In this document: one piece after another, positions 15,395 to 28,370 of the stretch
How positions within the stretch are numbered: position 1 is the first letter of the stretch
How the letters are laid out: every line of letters begins with the position of its first letter
Source: Catajapyx aquilonaris
Taxonomy: Eukaryota
Assembly (NCBI GenBank): GCA_000934665.2
Contig: KZ538132.1
Location: 62,001-118,197, forward strand
DNA length: 56,197 bases
Direction: 5' to 3'
Translations under genes and position numbers: made by a program
The notes under the pieces: generated by a model
What the model saw: the letters and a program-made list of their open reading frames with translations, nothing else
What the model was told of the DNA's origin: nothing
Databases searched by the model: none

Positions 15395-15408
15395 CCCCCC
15401 CCCNCCCC
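15395..15408. repeat. Poly-C tract containing a single-N gap
   Basis: C9-N-C4. Confidence 0.9.
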
Positions 15409-18400
15409 ATCATTGTTGTGATAACGTTGGGCTGTGAAGAGGCCGTTTAGGCAGCCAAGTGTAAAATGTGCGCCGGGAGTTTTAGGCCCCGCAGAGGCAT
15501 AGGAGGTTGGAAGGCTGCTATTAACCCCGAGCCCTGACAACACTCGATCATGTTGTGCCAGGCTACAATGAATACCACTCTCTTGTTCTGGGCCATGAGA
15601 GAGAAGCGAGGGGGGGCTCCCTACCCGATTCCAACTTGGGATTTTGTTCCCAGCCTGCACACAAGATGGAAGAGTTGCCTCAGTTCCCTTTTACACCATT
15701 TGAACATTCTGTGACTGGAGGGAGAAAAAGTCAGTGATCACCTGAAGTAAAAAGTGGAAGGAGAAAGAGAGAGAAGTTCTTTCAAGGAAGAGAGAAAAGA
15801 AAAGGAATGAGAGAGGAAACGGGTGGAATGGGCTGGCGTGAATTCACTTTCCAGCTCTGATTGAGTGTAGGGAAGGGTGGGTAGGTGAATAGGGGGGGTA
15901 GAAATGCGGGGCTCGAGTGACGGCTGATATTATTCTTGCAAAAATCATTGTAAACTTCCAAGTGAAACGAATCTGGCTCAAAGGGACGGAAAAAGTAGGA
16001 GGAGGGGAGGAAGGAATTGGATATTTGAGACGTCTGAGGTTTTTCTCCGGAAGATCAGTCCTCCCAAGTGGAGGAAATAGTGGGTGCTTTTCTTTTATTT
16101 TTTTGGGGAGGTTCTTCAGACGGACCTATTGGACATCCCCTCCCCATACCTGCCATCCGAGGCTCTGCTGACATGAGTCCTTACACACCTTAACACGCAG
16201 GCATGCATCGCATGCCGGGAGGCTGTTTCCAGGAATCTTCGTGACCGACAACAGGGGGAAGCTGGCGGGGGAAATCGAAGGGAATGTGTTGGGAGGAGGG
16301 GAGCCCCCGCCACTACGAATTGGAAAAAGCGTCACGGGCTTGCAGTTTGCATTGTAAAACGGATCTTCCACGGATGCTGTGACGTGTTCTTTTCTTTTGC
16401 CGGCAGGTGGCTGGGCTCTCGGATTAAATTCCGCCACTCGCGACATCCATAACCCCCCCTCGTTTTCGACAAGGGTCGCATATCACGTTCCATGCACCTG
16501 CGGCAGCCTCCAGTTGATTCCGTCTCTGTCTGCAGTCCCGTTAATTTGTTACAAGCAGAGACGTGGAAGAGTAAGCCGTTTTCCCACCAGACCTTACCGG
16601 TCATTCTGCTTGTCATGTTTGTAGGATATAATATCTAGAACTAATGCAATGGTTGAATTCTGCTTGCAGCTTAATAAACAAATTACAGTGCTGTGCAGTA
16701 TATGGTGCGAGCACCATATGACTGGCCTAGAAACAACAAAAAATAGGACCCTCCCTACCATTACTGTCCTAAAACTCACTCTACACATGCGAGCAATAAA
16801 AGGCTTAGTTAAACCAGATAGTCATGTGGTCATAGCCGGGCATCAATCACTGTTATATGGTTCTGACATTCAACAACTCTACCCTATCTGTGGCAGAAGA
16901 TTATTTACACCCTTACCGAATGGACGGACAGTTCCACATGAGGTGAGCAGGGAATGAGAACGTTCTCCTTCATTACTCACATGCTCCACATGCTTTAGGG
17001 CGGTAAAGACAGGGAGATGGGGTGTCGTTACTTTTTTATGTTTCCGGACTCGTCATGTGATCCGTACGTTCCTGTCAGTGCTATGCTATGTAGAATTTCT
17101 CCGTGGCTTCTGTTCTAACTCACCAATAACAAAAAAAAATTTAAAGCCTCTCATGCTTGGTCTGCTTTTTGGCAGACAGTATACGTAAGCCAATTAACAC
17201 TTCAGCAAGAAGTGCACGCAGAGGGTGAATGACTTCTGTTATAATGACGATTCGTAAGAGACTATTACTGCCATAACTTATAGAGATAGCATGCAAGTAG
17301 TCTACGTATATCACACGTTATACGTAATAAAAGTCCAAAAATGTGAAATTCAGGTCTCCCTTGCACCAAACGCAGCGGAAAATGTATTTGGCAAATAAAA
17401 GAAAACGTCAGAGTTTGTTCGTCAGGTCGAGTCTGAGCGAATCTAATCCGTTGTCCCGAATCATCAGGCAGGTAATCCCCGAGTTAGAAGAGACACGGAA
17501 AGGAACCAGTCTAGGCGGAGGCACTTCCTACTCACAGGAAGATTAGACTTTATTTGCTCGTGCTTGCGCTTGTCTTATCGTTTCTTCTCCTGTTGTTTTA
17601 ACAAATGAGGTTCCCAGCTGGGGATTAGACACCTGATAGCCTGACACTACTTTGCTGTAGGAGTCAGCCAGTAAGGCCATCAATGAAACCTCCAGAGGTC
17701 CGTGACTTCCATGCTGACTTTTTCTCTTTCCTAAAATTGCTTGATTTCCAATTTCCCCAGACAACCTTAAAAAAGTTAGCCCGCATTCTTTCAGTTCTAC
17801 GTATTTTTTGTTGAAGTGTCACGAGATATTCCGTGATCCGAATTAGCGGAAACTAGTGTCATAAAATGTGGACAACCGCACTTGCTGCATAGAGCCATCA
17901 ATTTCTTGGCGTACGCCTATTTGTAAGTGTCCAAGTAACTTTTATTGACGTGAAGTCATACGTTATATGCACGGAAGTTGTCCTGTTCACATGACATGCA
18001 TGTCTTTATTGTAGGCCTATTTCTGCTTGTATGCAGGTAATCTTTGTAAACTTTCGCTCTGGTTTATTCTGTCGTTCTTGCTTTCCAAGGACATATTTTT
18101 GCCCCTTACATCTATGCGGTACATGTGGTACAAGAGGGACGCTTTGGTTGCGTGAAAGCCAGGATGAAAACTTTGTTGTTGACTCTGACACATGCAGAAA
18201 CTTATGTTGACTCTTTCATCAACTTTAAACGTGCACTTCACAACTTAAAAACCTGTGATGCTTTGAAGCTCAAACAGGAATATTAAATCTTTTCCTACAT
18301 AAGCTTACCTGTATTTTCTGCCTTATTCAGAAATATGGGAAGGCGAAAAGACGGAAAACACTTTTCATCTGCAATGAACGTAGTCCCCAAGGATATAACT

Positions 18401-20524
18401 GTCTCTAACTATGTCTGTGCAAGTGTGTGACATTCAAGGCAATTCGGGGCCTCACGGAAATTCGATTGGTCGTCGCTTTCAGCAGGAACATTATTTCCTC
18501 CTTCCTCCACTCACCTCCATCACTAGCTTTATTGTTTTATCGCTCCAGCCTCGTTTTTTTTTCCTTCCCCTTGGTCTTTTTTTTCCCTCTCCTTCCCTTT
18601 ACTCTTCCACTTTTTGTAGGAGGTAAGATTTGGATGAAGTGTTGTCGCTTTGGGAGAAGTGGTCTGGCCGGGGTATAAGAGAAGGAGTCTATCACAACGG
18701 AAAGAGATAGAGATCCAGGGGCTGTTTCTAGCAGCACTTTCTCTAACTAAGAGGAGATGGACGCCGTGTTCGTTTAGGATGGCCTCGGATAAGGCTAAAT
18801 GGCCCAATGAGCTGCCGTTAACACCAGGGCCAATGAAGAGCGTCCCCAGAGACCCACTTTCTGTCTTCACAGTGCAATGGCTCGGGTCTTGTGTAGTGTA
18901 ACGGAAGGAATGTTCGCTCCTTGCAAAGACAGCGTGTAAGCTTCCTCTGGCCACTCTTGGAGAGAAAGAGAGACTGAAAAAAAGAGAGCCACGAGGAGAT
19001 TCCGGTCCCTTGTATTAATGATAGAGTAGGCGATAAGGGGGAAACCTTTCCAGAGATCATGAGAGCTACGTTAGGCAGGTCCTCTTGGGACTTTTGCCTT
19101 TTACTGAGATTGGCCTAAAATCAATTTAAAGGGGGGACATGGGGATATCGGGAAAACACGTGCTGGATCAAAGTGCAAGGGATGCTTTAATGGCATTGGA
19201 TATTTTTTGATAGGAGTTTAATAAGAGTAAAGACAAACGGTTGTTAGAGGTCACGTACACTAATACCTCTGTGAAGGAGTGAAATTTAAAAACCTGCACT
19301 ATTGGCTTTTTAGCAGTGATATTGTTATGCATCATTGCTTTTCGATATTTTAATCAAGTTGTACTCTGTATTCTAAAGGTATACAGTAGTACAACTACAA
19401 TGATTTTTAATTAGGTGGATTATACTGTCAGCAACCAAGATAATTATTTTGCCATTTTTATTTCCAGTGCACTAGCCTACGTAAGAAATTGTCAATTACG
19501 GCAAACTGTCACATTTGTCCCACCGCCGTCAAGCACAATATTACGCTGTTTTTCCGCTGATGTCATATTCACTTTGCAAACAAATTATATCATGCAGCTG
19601 AAAAGTACCACCCTCCATGAGGTTTGACATGAGGTTCACAGACCAATTACTGACTCTCTTTAGTGAACTACTGTAAAAGCTATTTAAACATTGCTATTAA
19701 TTTTCACTTGCGAATTTGGCACAGTATATTCTGGGGCACCTTTGCGGTAAGCCTCGCAGTGTTCCTCCCGATTCCCAAGGCAGTGCAGATGAGCCAATAT
19801 TAATATGCATATTGAATCCATTCGGTCCGAGTCAGCAAGCACAGGGCACTGTGTCGGATAATCCGCCCGAAGTTTCTTTGCGCCTTTAGCATGCAATGTA
19901 GATAGAGTGCTCCGGCACCAAGCCTTTTCGGATTCGCGCGGTATAAACTCGACAAGAGAGCTCATCATAACTGAGCAGCGCATAAATGAAATTTTAGGGG
20001 AGATAAATATTCGTGGGGGCCCCGAGACTTATCTTGCTTAACACTACTCGTTTGAGGCGAGGAGAAGGTCCGTCTATCAGGGCGATCGGCATGGAGTTGG
20101 CGGCACAGCGGCGCTGGAAACTGGCACAAAAGTAATTAAGACAAGCTGTCGTTCCCACCTCGCCCCGGGAAGGAACACCCGTAAAGTGAAAGTGCTTCGG
20201 AGAGCTTCCAACATAAATTGAACGATAAACGTTTATAGCAAGTCGGGCGATGGGAACCTAAAGCGAATTGTTTTATGGAAGATAGACGGCACCTTGCGCC
20301 TCAGATGTATTCTTTAAAAGCGGGTGACTCTCTCTATACACATTGTGTCACTCTATTCTGTGTGTCCACTTCGGTTCCTAATGGCTGAAACGACACGGGG
20401 CTGGGAGCCATGCCAAAAACAGCCGGGAACTGCCAAATATAGGCCCTCTGCTTAAAATGGGAGTCTGCTGCTGTAACCGATCTCATTCCTGCTGGGTGTA
20501 GAGGAAGCTAAGGTAGAAGTATAT

Positions 20525-20550
20525 AGAGAGAGAGAGAGAAAAAAGAGAGA
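20525..20550. repeat. (GA)n purine tract
   Basis: AGAGAGAGAGAGAGAAAAAAGAGAGA. Similar GA/CT tracts occur near 1500-1511, 15760-15815 and 29625-29640. Confidence 0.75.
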
Positions 20551-23500
20551 AGCTGCTCTTCCGCTTCTCGGTCTTATCTCGTTGCGTCTAATCCCTCCGG
20601 TGTTGACCCAATAAATGCCACGTGAAGAAAGAGGGGGTCTTGAGCCCGGGTTACCTGCAGATAAGGGAATGCGCTGGGGAGATGCGCCAGTCGGTTCTTG
20701 CCTTCCAACAACCAACTTCCCTGGCCTTATTACTTTATCAGCTTCTCCTTGGAGAAATGCCCTGATGAAAATGGCTGCTCGCGCATGTATTATATAGCGA
20801 CTTATGGAGGTGATGTGATTGTCGCACCCTCGCGATGTTGCGAAAAATATGGGTATACAATGATGCTGCAATTTGTTTTGATCTCTGCCCTACTGTGTAA
20901 ATATTATATTGGGATTTATTGAATTATGAGGTGGTCCAAAATAATAATAATAAGTTACCTGGTTGTCTGGCATCCACCAGCTGAACATTTACATGCCTTT
21001 GGATTTTACGATTTCCACTTATAATCCGGATGAGCTTCAGACTACATAATATTATTATCAGTAAAGATTATTGGGCTCAAAATAGGAACTACTTTGGAAG
21101 ATATAAGCAGTGACAACTTAGCGTAAAGTTGGATATTTCGAGGATTATCTTATTCCACGTGAAATAGATTTTCCAGACGCATAATTGATATAAGCAGAGT
21201 CAATTACTTTCGCGTTGCGAGAAGAGAAGCGTCTAAAGTTCACGCTTGAGAAAGTTCGATGAAAAGGCAAAGGACAGGTATTAGGCAGGAAAATTTGCAT
21301 GAAGGCCCGCTTCTACAATTAGTTGCATTTCTCGGCGGTTCAAGATGCATGCCTCGAGAGATAGAAATCCCATGATCTTCCATGTAATCTCATCACATTT
21401 TTAGTCATTTTAGTAAAGGGAGTCTCAGATAAATTCTATTTCACATCTCTTTCCACTCTGTGTTGTATACCTGGCGTTGTTTATAAAGTACCGGTATATG
21501 AAAATTTGTATAGCTGTTTAATCTGACAGTGTTTTACTGGGCGTGGAAAATGCCAACATCAGAGGAAGTAGATGACCATTGCTTTCCCTTTGTGCTGTGC
21601 ATTTGAATATACTGCGAGGCTCAATGGGGCAACTGGTGGTGAATGTGAGTGGGTATACCGACGGATCGATTGGTGATCATTTTAAATGGTGTGGTGCTCG
21701 TGGCACAACCACTTTGCAATCTAGTTTTGGAGCTCGATTGGTAAAGAGCATCCGCTACATTCAGCATTATAGTCATCGTTGCAACGTGCTTCTATTGCAG
21801 AATTTGGAGCCCTTATCCTTTATACCTGTACTAAATTTAATTTGTCTGAATATATAGGATCATGAATTTGATGCACGGTATGGTCTATAGCTTGTTGCTT
21901 GTGACCCTGTGCAGCCTAATTACTGATGTTACAAGTTAGTGAAGTTCCCACTCGATTTGCTTTTGTGTGAGAGTCATTGTTGAGGTCTGCTGCATCAGTA
22001 GACTGAAAATTGGCAGCTATTGTACAATTTATAATCGAAATATCAGAATCGCTATTGCCTATTTATTGCTACATATTGGTGTAAATAATAGTCGGATTTG
22101 TACGGTACTTGTTTGTTGCGTGATTGTGAGACCATGAAGCCATGAACCAGTGAAACGGACTGGCAGAGTGGGTTTCAAATGTGCAGTTCATTTAGACTGC
22201 TAGTTTTTATTTCATCACACATCACGACGTTTTGACTCTATACAGTATGGCCTACATCACTTTCTGTGTGTTGGATGCCCGCCATATTGTTACCTTGCAA
22301 CTTAGGTATGAGTTGTTGAACTTTTCATGCCAAAGACCTTTTGATTAGTAGTTATGCTCTGAATCCAACATGAATTTTGTACAGTACAGTACATCCGTGC
22401 CAAAACTGACGAGTGATATTCTTTCTTTTTTTTTTAAAAAAAAAGGGAAGGGGCTGCCATATTTAACTCAGATTTTATTCTACAGTAGTTCATTATAATG
22501 TATTCATCTTGACTTGAAATTAGACAACACCTGTGGCATCACCTCCGGAGAACCTAATGCATAAGCAGAGAGCTGTATAATGGCTGCTAAATCACTTCGA
22601 AATTCACGAGCGTTATTGTTCTGCCAGGCAGAGGTACAGTGCTGAGCCTAACAGGATTTCCACAAGGGTCGGTGCCTGTGTAGTAAACAGTTTATCAACA
22701 GCAGGATCGAGAGGACCGTCTGTGTTTGGCACGCATTAATTTTGTGTCGTAGTGGTTAGTATTTTTCTGTTATCCTATAATTACGTCATTTCCAGTTGAT
22801 CGCTGCAGCTCGCTAACTCGTACGAGTAAAGGCCGCCAATTAACATAAAATCAATTTCACCAACCAGCGCGCCCCGACTTTTTTTTTTAGAGGGCGTGAG
22901 GGGGAGATGAGGGGAGAGGCTGGGAATAGGGGAGGCGGGAGTATTGTTAACAGGAAAACGTACTTTTTCCGATATGGATTAATTATATGAGCAGCACTGA
23001 ATTTCAAATACGGAAACGTAGTGGGATCCCGGTTTTTTTGAGACCTGGGCGTGTCATGTCCGCGCTTTTGGAAACAAGGGGAGCTGAAATTTCTTTCCGC
23101 ACTGTTTCATTGGATTTTACACGCTCGGACTGTCTGTACCGCTCACACAGATAAATATAATTGAAAGTACCCCGGTTGCGCTTTGTTCCCCCTTTGTCTT
23201 TGCTCGTCAACGTATGTCGGAGAAGAAGATATAAGCAAATTAGAGTGAATTTGTGTCATACTGAAGTTTCTGACTTGGAAGGGAAATTCATCTGGAAACA
23301 TGACACGCTGTCATTGTTGCCTGAATAATACAAACGGCTTGCATCCCTTTGCTTCCCCCTCTTTTGTGGACCTCTCTCTACAAATATTCATTCTTGGCCT
23401 ATACACTCCAGCAGCATGCAGTTTATGAGAGATCCTACACTTGTTTGGAATCACCCGCATGCCTGCTTTCAAATGTCTGCCACATAGATATTAAAGGCTC

Positions 23501-26116
23501 AGCTTTTAATATCTATATGGTGTGCCATTCATAACTCATATACGGGCTAGGATGAAAGAAATTGTGTTTTCTGGAGTATCACAGGACTGGTGTTAACCAC
23601 TAACCAAATCCATTTTGCTCTTGTTTACTCAGTAAGCGCGCTTTAGTACTGCTACTGTACGCATTGCTGTTTTTTCTGCACTTTTCCCAGTGCAAGGACC
23701 TATAAGAACAAGAATATTGTGTGTCTGATACCTATCCATGTCATTCACTCACATGAAGCCCACACAGAACAGAGCGGAGCAGGTGGTTCCCTTGTGCCAC
23801 CGAAGGCCTTATGCTGCATTTCTTATGTCCCACGCACTATAAACCCGGGTTTAAGCTGCTGGAAGGGGGGAGGGGGAAGGGGGGAAAGCGGTTCGTAACT
23901 TTTTTCCAGGCCGTCTGGAGTCACGTTACACGTCCCGAGCTGGTGGTCTGCGTATATACCAGCAAAGGATCGTGACAGCACGAGTGGGTCCAGATCCGGA
24001 GAGTGGCATCAGATGGGCACGTATCGTTGCGGGCTTGATGAGGGCTTGCAACTTGTGTCCTGTGGGCAATGGGCATGGCCATTCCTCCCCTTGCTCTTTC
24101 TCTCCTCGTAAACGCCACTCCAGGGCCGTCACGAGTGAAAAAGACACTCCAGAGCAGTCTTGGCCGAGGGGATTATGGCCGGCCATTCCCAGGGCCAATG
24201 GGACAATTCAGCAACGGCCAAGCACGGCTTTCCCCTCGTCTATCTGCAAATTGGACAAGGCTGCACTCCGAGCTAGGGAAATAAGTGCGACGGATCCTGT
24301 CGCTTTTCTTGTTTGTATTAAAGACACAGGACGGATATTTACTGTTAGATTATACGGCGGTTGTAAATTTCAATGCCGGATTTCATTCACTCGTTTGGCA
24401 ATTACTAATGACAAGTTAGTGTTGGTTTTATTTCCTGCTGGTATCGGGTCCATTAAAATTTGCAGAAAAAAATACGAGTTCAACCCGTATCAACCCTATA
24501 GCTGCAGGGAAACTAACCAAGTTGGAAGCAGAGAGCGTGTGGGCCAAAGTACCCCGAAGCATATGTAGTTATCTATACCCAGTGATATTGTGAGGTAACT
24601 TTTGCCCACATCCGTGTGCTGAGTCTGGCTCCGAATGATGACGTGATAGTGACCGAAAACCCTTTCCTTCATTCATATTCATCAGCTTACTCAACCGACG
24701 TATTTAGTGGGGGCATCACTGCTTATCTCTAGGCGAGCAGGAGCGCGACAATATTTCTTTATGCACACATAATACGCGAAAGGCATGCTTATCAGAGTTA
24801 GGTTCGCATTGACTGGACGAGGCCCAATTCCAGGCTCCCCCAATTGAAAGCGGACGAATAGTCCACATTCACACCCCATATGCTTTATCGTCGAGCAGTG
24901 AAGGCTGCGGTTTACGACACTGTAAAAACTGGAAAAGGCGTCAGCAGTGGACAATACTTAGTTTATTTTTGCTGTCCAAATGACAAGATGCATGTGCGAA
25001 AAATGTCGCTGGCATTTTAGGGGCAGTTGCCAACTCGCAATAATATTTTGATTCTAGAAAATGATGCCAGAGCATGTGTACGCAAATGCTGAAACTAAAT
25101 GTTTTCAGATAGCCTCTTATTGTTGTACAATAATTTATTGCGTCCAATCCCCGCCAGGCTTCTATGGTGTATAATATTTGCTTACGACACGACTCAACTT
25201 TTTTCCAACACCATAAAAATGAATCCGGCAGAGGAGGCGATGTAGCCTTAAATCAATTTGCCAGCCCACTCCTTTCAGACTGCGCAAATTATTAGCGTTA
25301 CATGCCCGCGTCTTTGATGTGGAATAAAGCGAGAGGGATATAATTCGGTTACCTAGAAAATAACCTCCCCATCCATCCATCCATATTCTGCTAGCCATCT
25401 CGGGGCCCCACAAGGTGGAATGAAAGGCAAGTTGTGTGCTGTTGTTTTTCGAATCTCCCTCCCCAACCATGCCCCTCTTCTCCTCTCTGCTGGAACATTG
25501 CTACGCAAATTAATGAGTGGGATCTTGTTACTGAGAGCCCCCCCTAAAGGCCTCGAGTTTTACATTAGCATAGAAACTACATTGCTTTCTTAAAAGGCAA
25601 ACGAGTTTTTTTTTATCCGAGTCCTGGACAATTGTCAATAAAAATCGGTGTTTCTCCAGGCCAAAAACCGTATTAATTGTAAAAACTGGGGTTGAGACAG
25701 TAGAGTGATTGATGGGCGACGGAATGCGTGAATGGTTGGCCAAAGTGGGTGTAGATGTCCCCTGGAGCGTGAAGTAAACGGGATTAGGACGAGGAGGATC
25801 ACAAGGTGCAATGATTCACAGCGGCCTCCACGGGACGTAATAAATTGTTCAGACCGAGGCAGAGACACCTTCCTCAAGCCTTGCAGACTTGCACCCTTTA
25901 CTTCTGCGTCGTAAAAGCCTTTGCCTGACTTTGCCATCTCTAAAATTCCTTATGGAAGTTTAGAAAAGGTCGTTTCTGCCTCGTTTTATTGCACCGGGGA
26001 GGCCTTTGAAAGCGTGCCAAATGACAAAAAAGTGCGACAATGGCTTAGAACATCATTTTTGGTAAATAACATCCGAGCTGAGACAGATTACGTGGAGTAA
26101 TGTCCTTCGATACCAC

Positions 26117-26150
26117 TATAAAAAGGCAGGGGAGGAAAAGAAAGTCAAGC
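26117..26150 (+). promoter_or_regulatory. Possible TATA box with a partial initiator
   Basis: TATAAAAAGG at 26117, with the A of TCA at 26147 (30 nt downstream). The Inr match is only partial and no downstream gene is recognised. Confidence 0.2.
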
Positions 26151-28231
26151 TCGACGCCGACGGAGAAAGTGATATTGATTCTACTAAAATATGGCACATC
26201 TGACAGCGTTTTCTATCCGGAGGTGATATTTTATTGCCAGATTTCAATTATCGGTACAGCATTTTCTGGCACCAGCTTAACACCTGAGGACATTTTCGTT
26301 TTACAAAAAAAAAAAATTGGTGCAATGTCCTATGTTCAGATGCAACGTATGCATGTAGCCAAACTGCTTTGTAGTCTCTACTCTCTAGTGCTGCCAACTG
26401 AGTGACTTGCAGTTGTGCTTCACCCTGTACGTGTGATCCTCAACCTATATGCCTCCTTTTCTAGATTTACATCTATTGAACTGGGATTTGCCAAGAAAGC
26501 CCTCCCTTGTTTATAGAGGAAGAGCAAAAAAATCTTCCATTGGGATGCTGCAGATTGATTTTCTTTAGGGATCTAGGTATGGATGAGTGTGAAAGATGCT
26601 TTTGAAAAGAGTGGCCGCAGAACGTGACGCCCAATATGACGGGTGAGTGGTTTTTCTGCTGCCCACACACTTTGTAATCCGAGGCTGTATCTTGTTCCAT
26701 GTCCAGTGTCACGCCTGGGTCTGTACGTATACAGTATAACAAAGTTTTCGTCTGGACAATTCAAAGGGAGGGGTGAATCGCCTAATTTGCATGCGATGCG
26801 TCCGTGCGGAATTGTGTATCACTACAGGGAGTTACAACACTTTATAGAAAAAAGGGCATATGGTGATGTATTGCTAGTGCGTAAGTACAGTATACAACTG
26901 ACTTGTTGCAGTACATGTTCGTTATAGGACTGTGTCTTGGGCCAAGTAGGTAGTTCCACGAGAAACCTCGTAACTCGGGTCATTCCGTTCCTTATAATCA
27001 CTTTAGTGGCCAATGGGCTAATTCATATAGAGCAAAATCAAATTATTTTATATTGCGAGCAGGTGTTCAAAAGCAGAGCTTATATAACTGTTTTGTGGTC
27101 CAAGCGGGCAATTTCGGCGGAAGCCTCATAAGGTGGGGTCATTCCTTCTTTATAATCAGTTTTCCGGGCACTGAACTCACCTTCGAGTCATATAATACCT
27201 GCGTAGTCAACAACCTGTCGAAGTTTGCCGATGTTATTGTTGTTGTAATTATGGAAGCCCTATGGCCTATACTGTGGAGCTCATAGAGTATATACAGTGC
27301 CTTATTCTGCCTGATTTTGTTATTATTTTTTTGCCAGGAGATTCTTTAGTAATTTGAGTCTTGGCACTGTATTATGTGTAGTAATTCCTGTTCATGCTCC
27401 TGTTCAAGCTCGTAATTTAGGGTATCGCATAATTACAGTACTGAATTGTATTGCCACATGTGTATGTCAATTATCGTTACTCCAGTTATTGTCCTACCCG
27501 CAACATCCTGTTCAATAATGATACACACTATTTCAGTACTGAACAAGTGCAGTACATGTTCGTTCTCATTGTTGGACTGGTCACCTTTCTGATCGCTCGT
27601 AAAAATATTTTCCGGCCTTATGTTGTGGTCTGGCATAAGCAAAAAAAGGTTCAATTTATTGGTTGCACTAGCTGTACAGTAAGATGAAGGATAATGATGG
27701 GTCTGCAATATATTGTCAAAGCGCCATTTATCGATTTCCGTTGGCACAATTGAGCAGCAAGGTGTAGGACCTTTTTTCGTATACACGTCTTTGTTTTGCA
27801 GGCGTCGCACCCATGAGTGTATAATATTATTTTGAAAATACGATGGACAGGTGCTTTGTGTAATCCGCGGCATATTCAACTAATCTCGTCAATAAGCCTC
27901 TCCCAAGTTCCGCATCCCTCTCATTTCAGATTTAATGAAACCCCCACCTGGAAATGACAGTAATCCATATCGTCGGCACGTGTTCTCCAAACAATCCGTA
28001 TTTGTGCGGTCCAAGTGGTCAGTTTTCCGCATCCGAACCCACATAAACTTAGGTCAATCCCCATCCTTTCACAATCACTTCACAGGCCAATGCACTTTCT
28101 ATTCATATACTAAAAGCGAATCAATTCATGGCTTCCTCCCCAGCACACCTGCGAGCTTTGTTTGCCTCTCAAAGAGCTTGTCGGTGAGTGGAGGGGGGGG
28201 GGGAGGTCACAGTGAGAGATCCGGGGGCCTG

Positions 28232-28370
28232 TTGTCATGCCAACCTGTATGAAACAGGATTGGGATGCTGCTGACCAGGTAATGAAAGGAAACGCTGTCT
28301 NTTGTCATGCCAACCTGTATGAAACAGGATTGGGATGCTGCTGACCAGGTAATGAAAGGAAACGCTGTCT
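28232..28370. repeat. Perfect 69-bp tandem duplication separated by a single N (probable assembly artefact)
   Basis: 28232-28300 is identical to 28302-28370 (TTGTCATGCCAACC...AACGCTGTCT). N at 28301; a poly-C run follows. Confidence 0.9.

Noticed and set aside
22744..22762. GTGTCGTAGTGGTTAGTAT resembles a tRNA/SINE A box
   Set aside because: No B box or cloverleaf follows.
28232..28370. Direct repeat considered as CRISPR-like or a minisatellite
   Set aside because: Only two copies, no spacer, joined at an N, and in a eukaryotic context.
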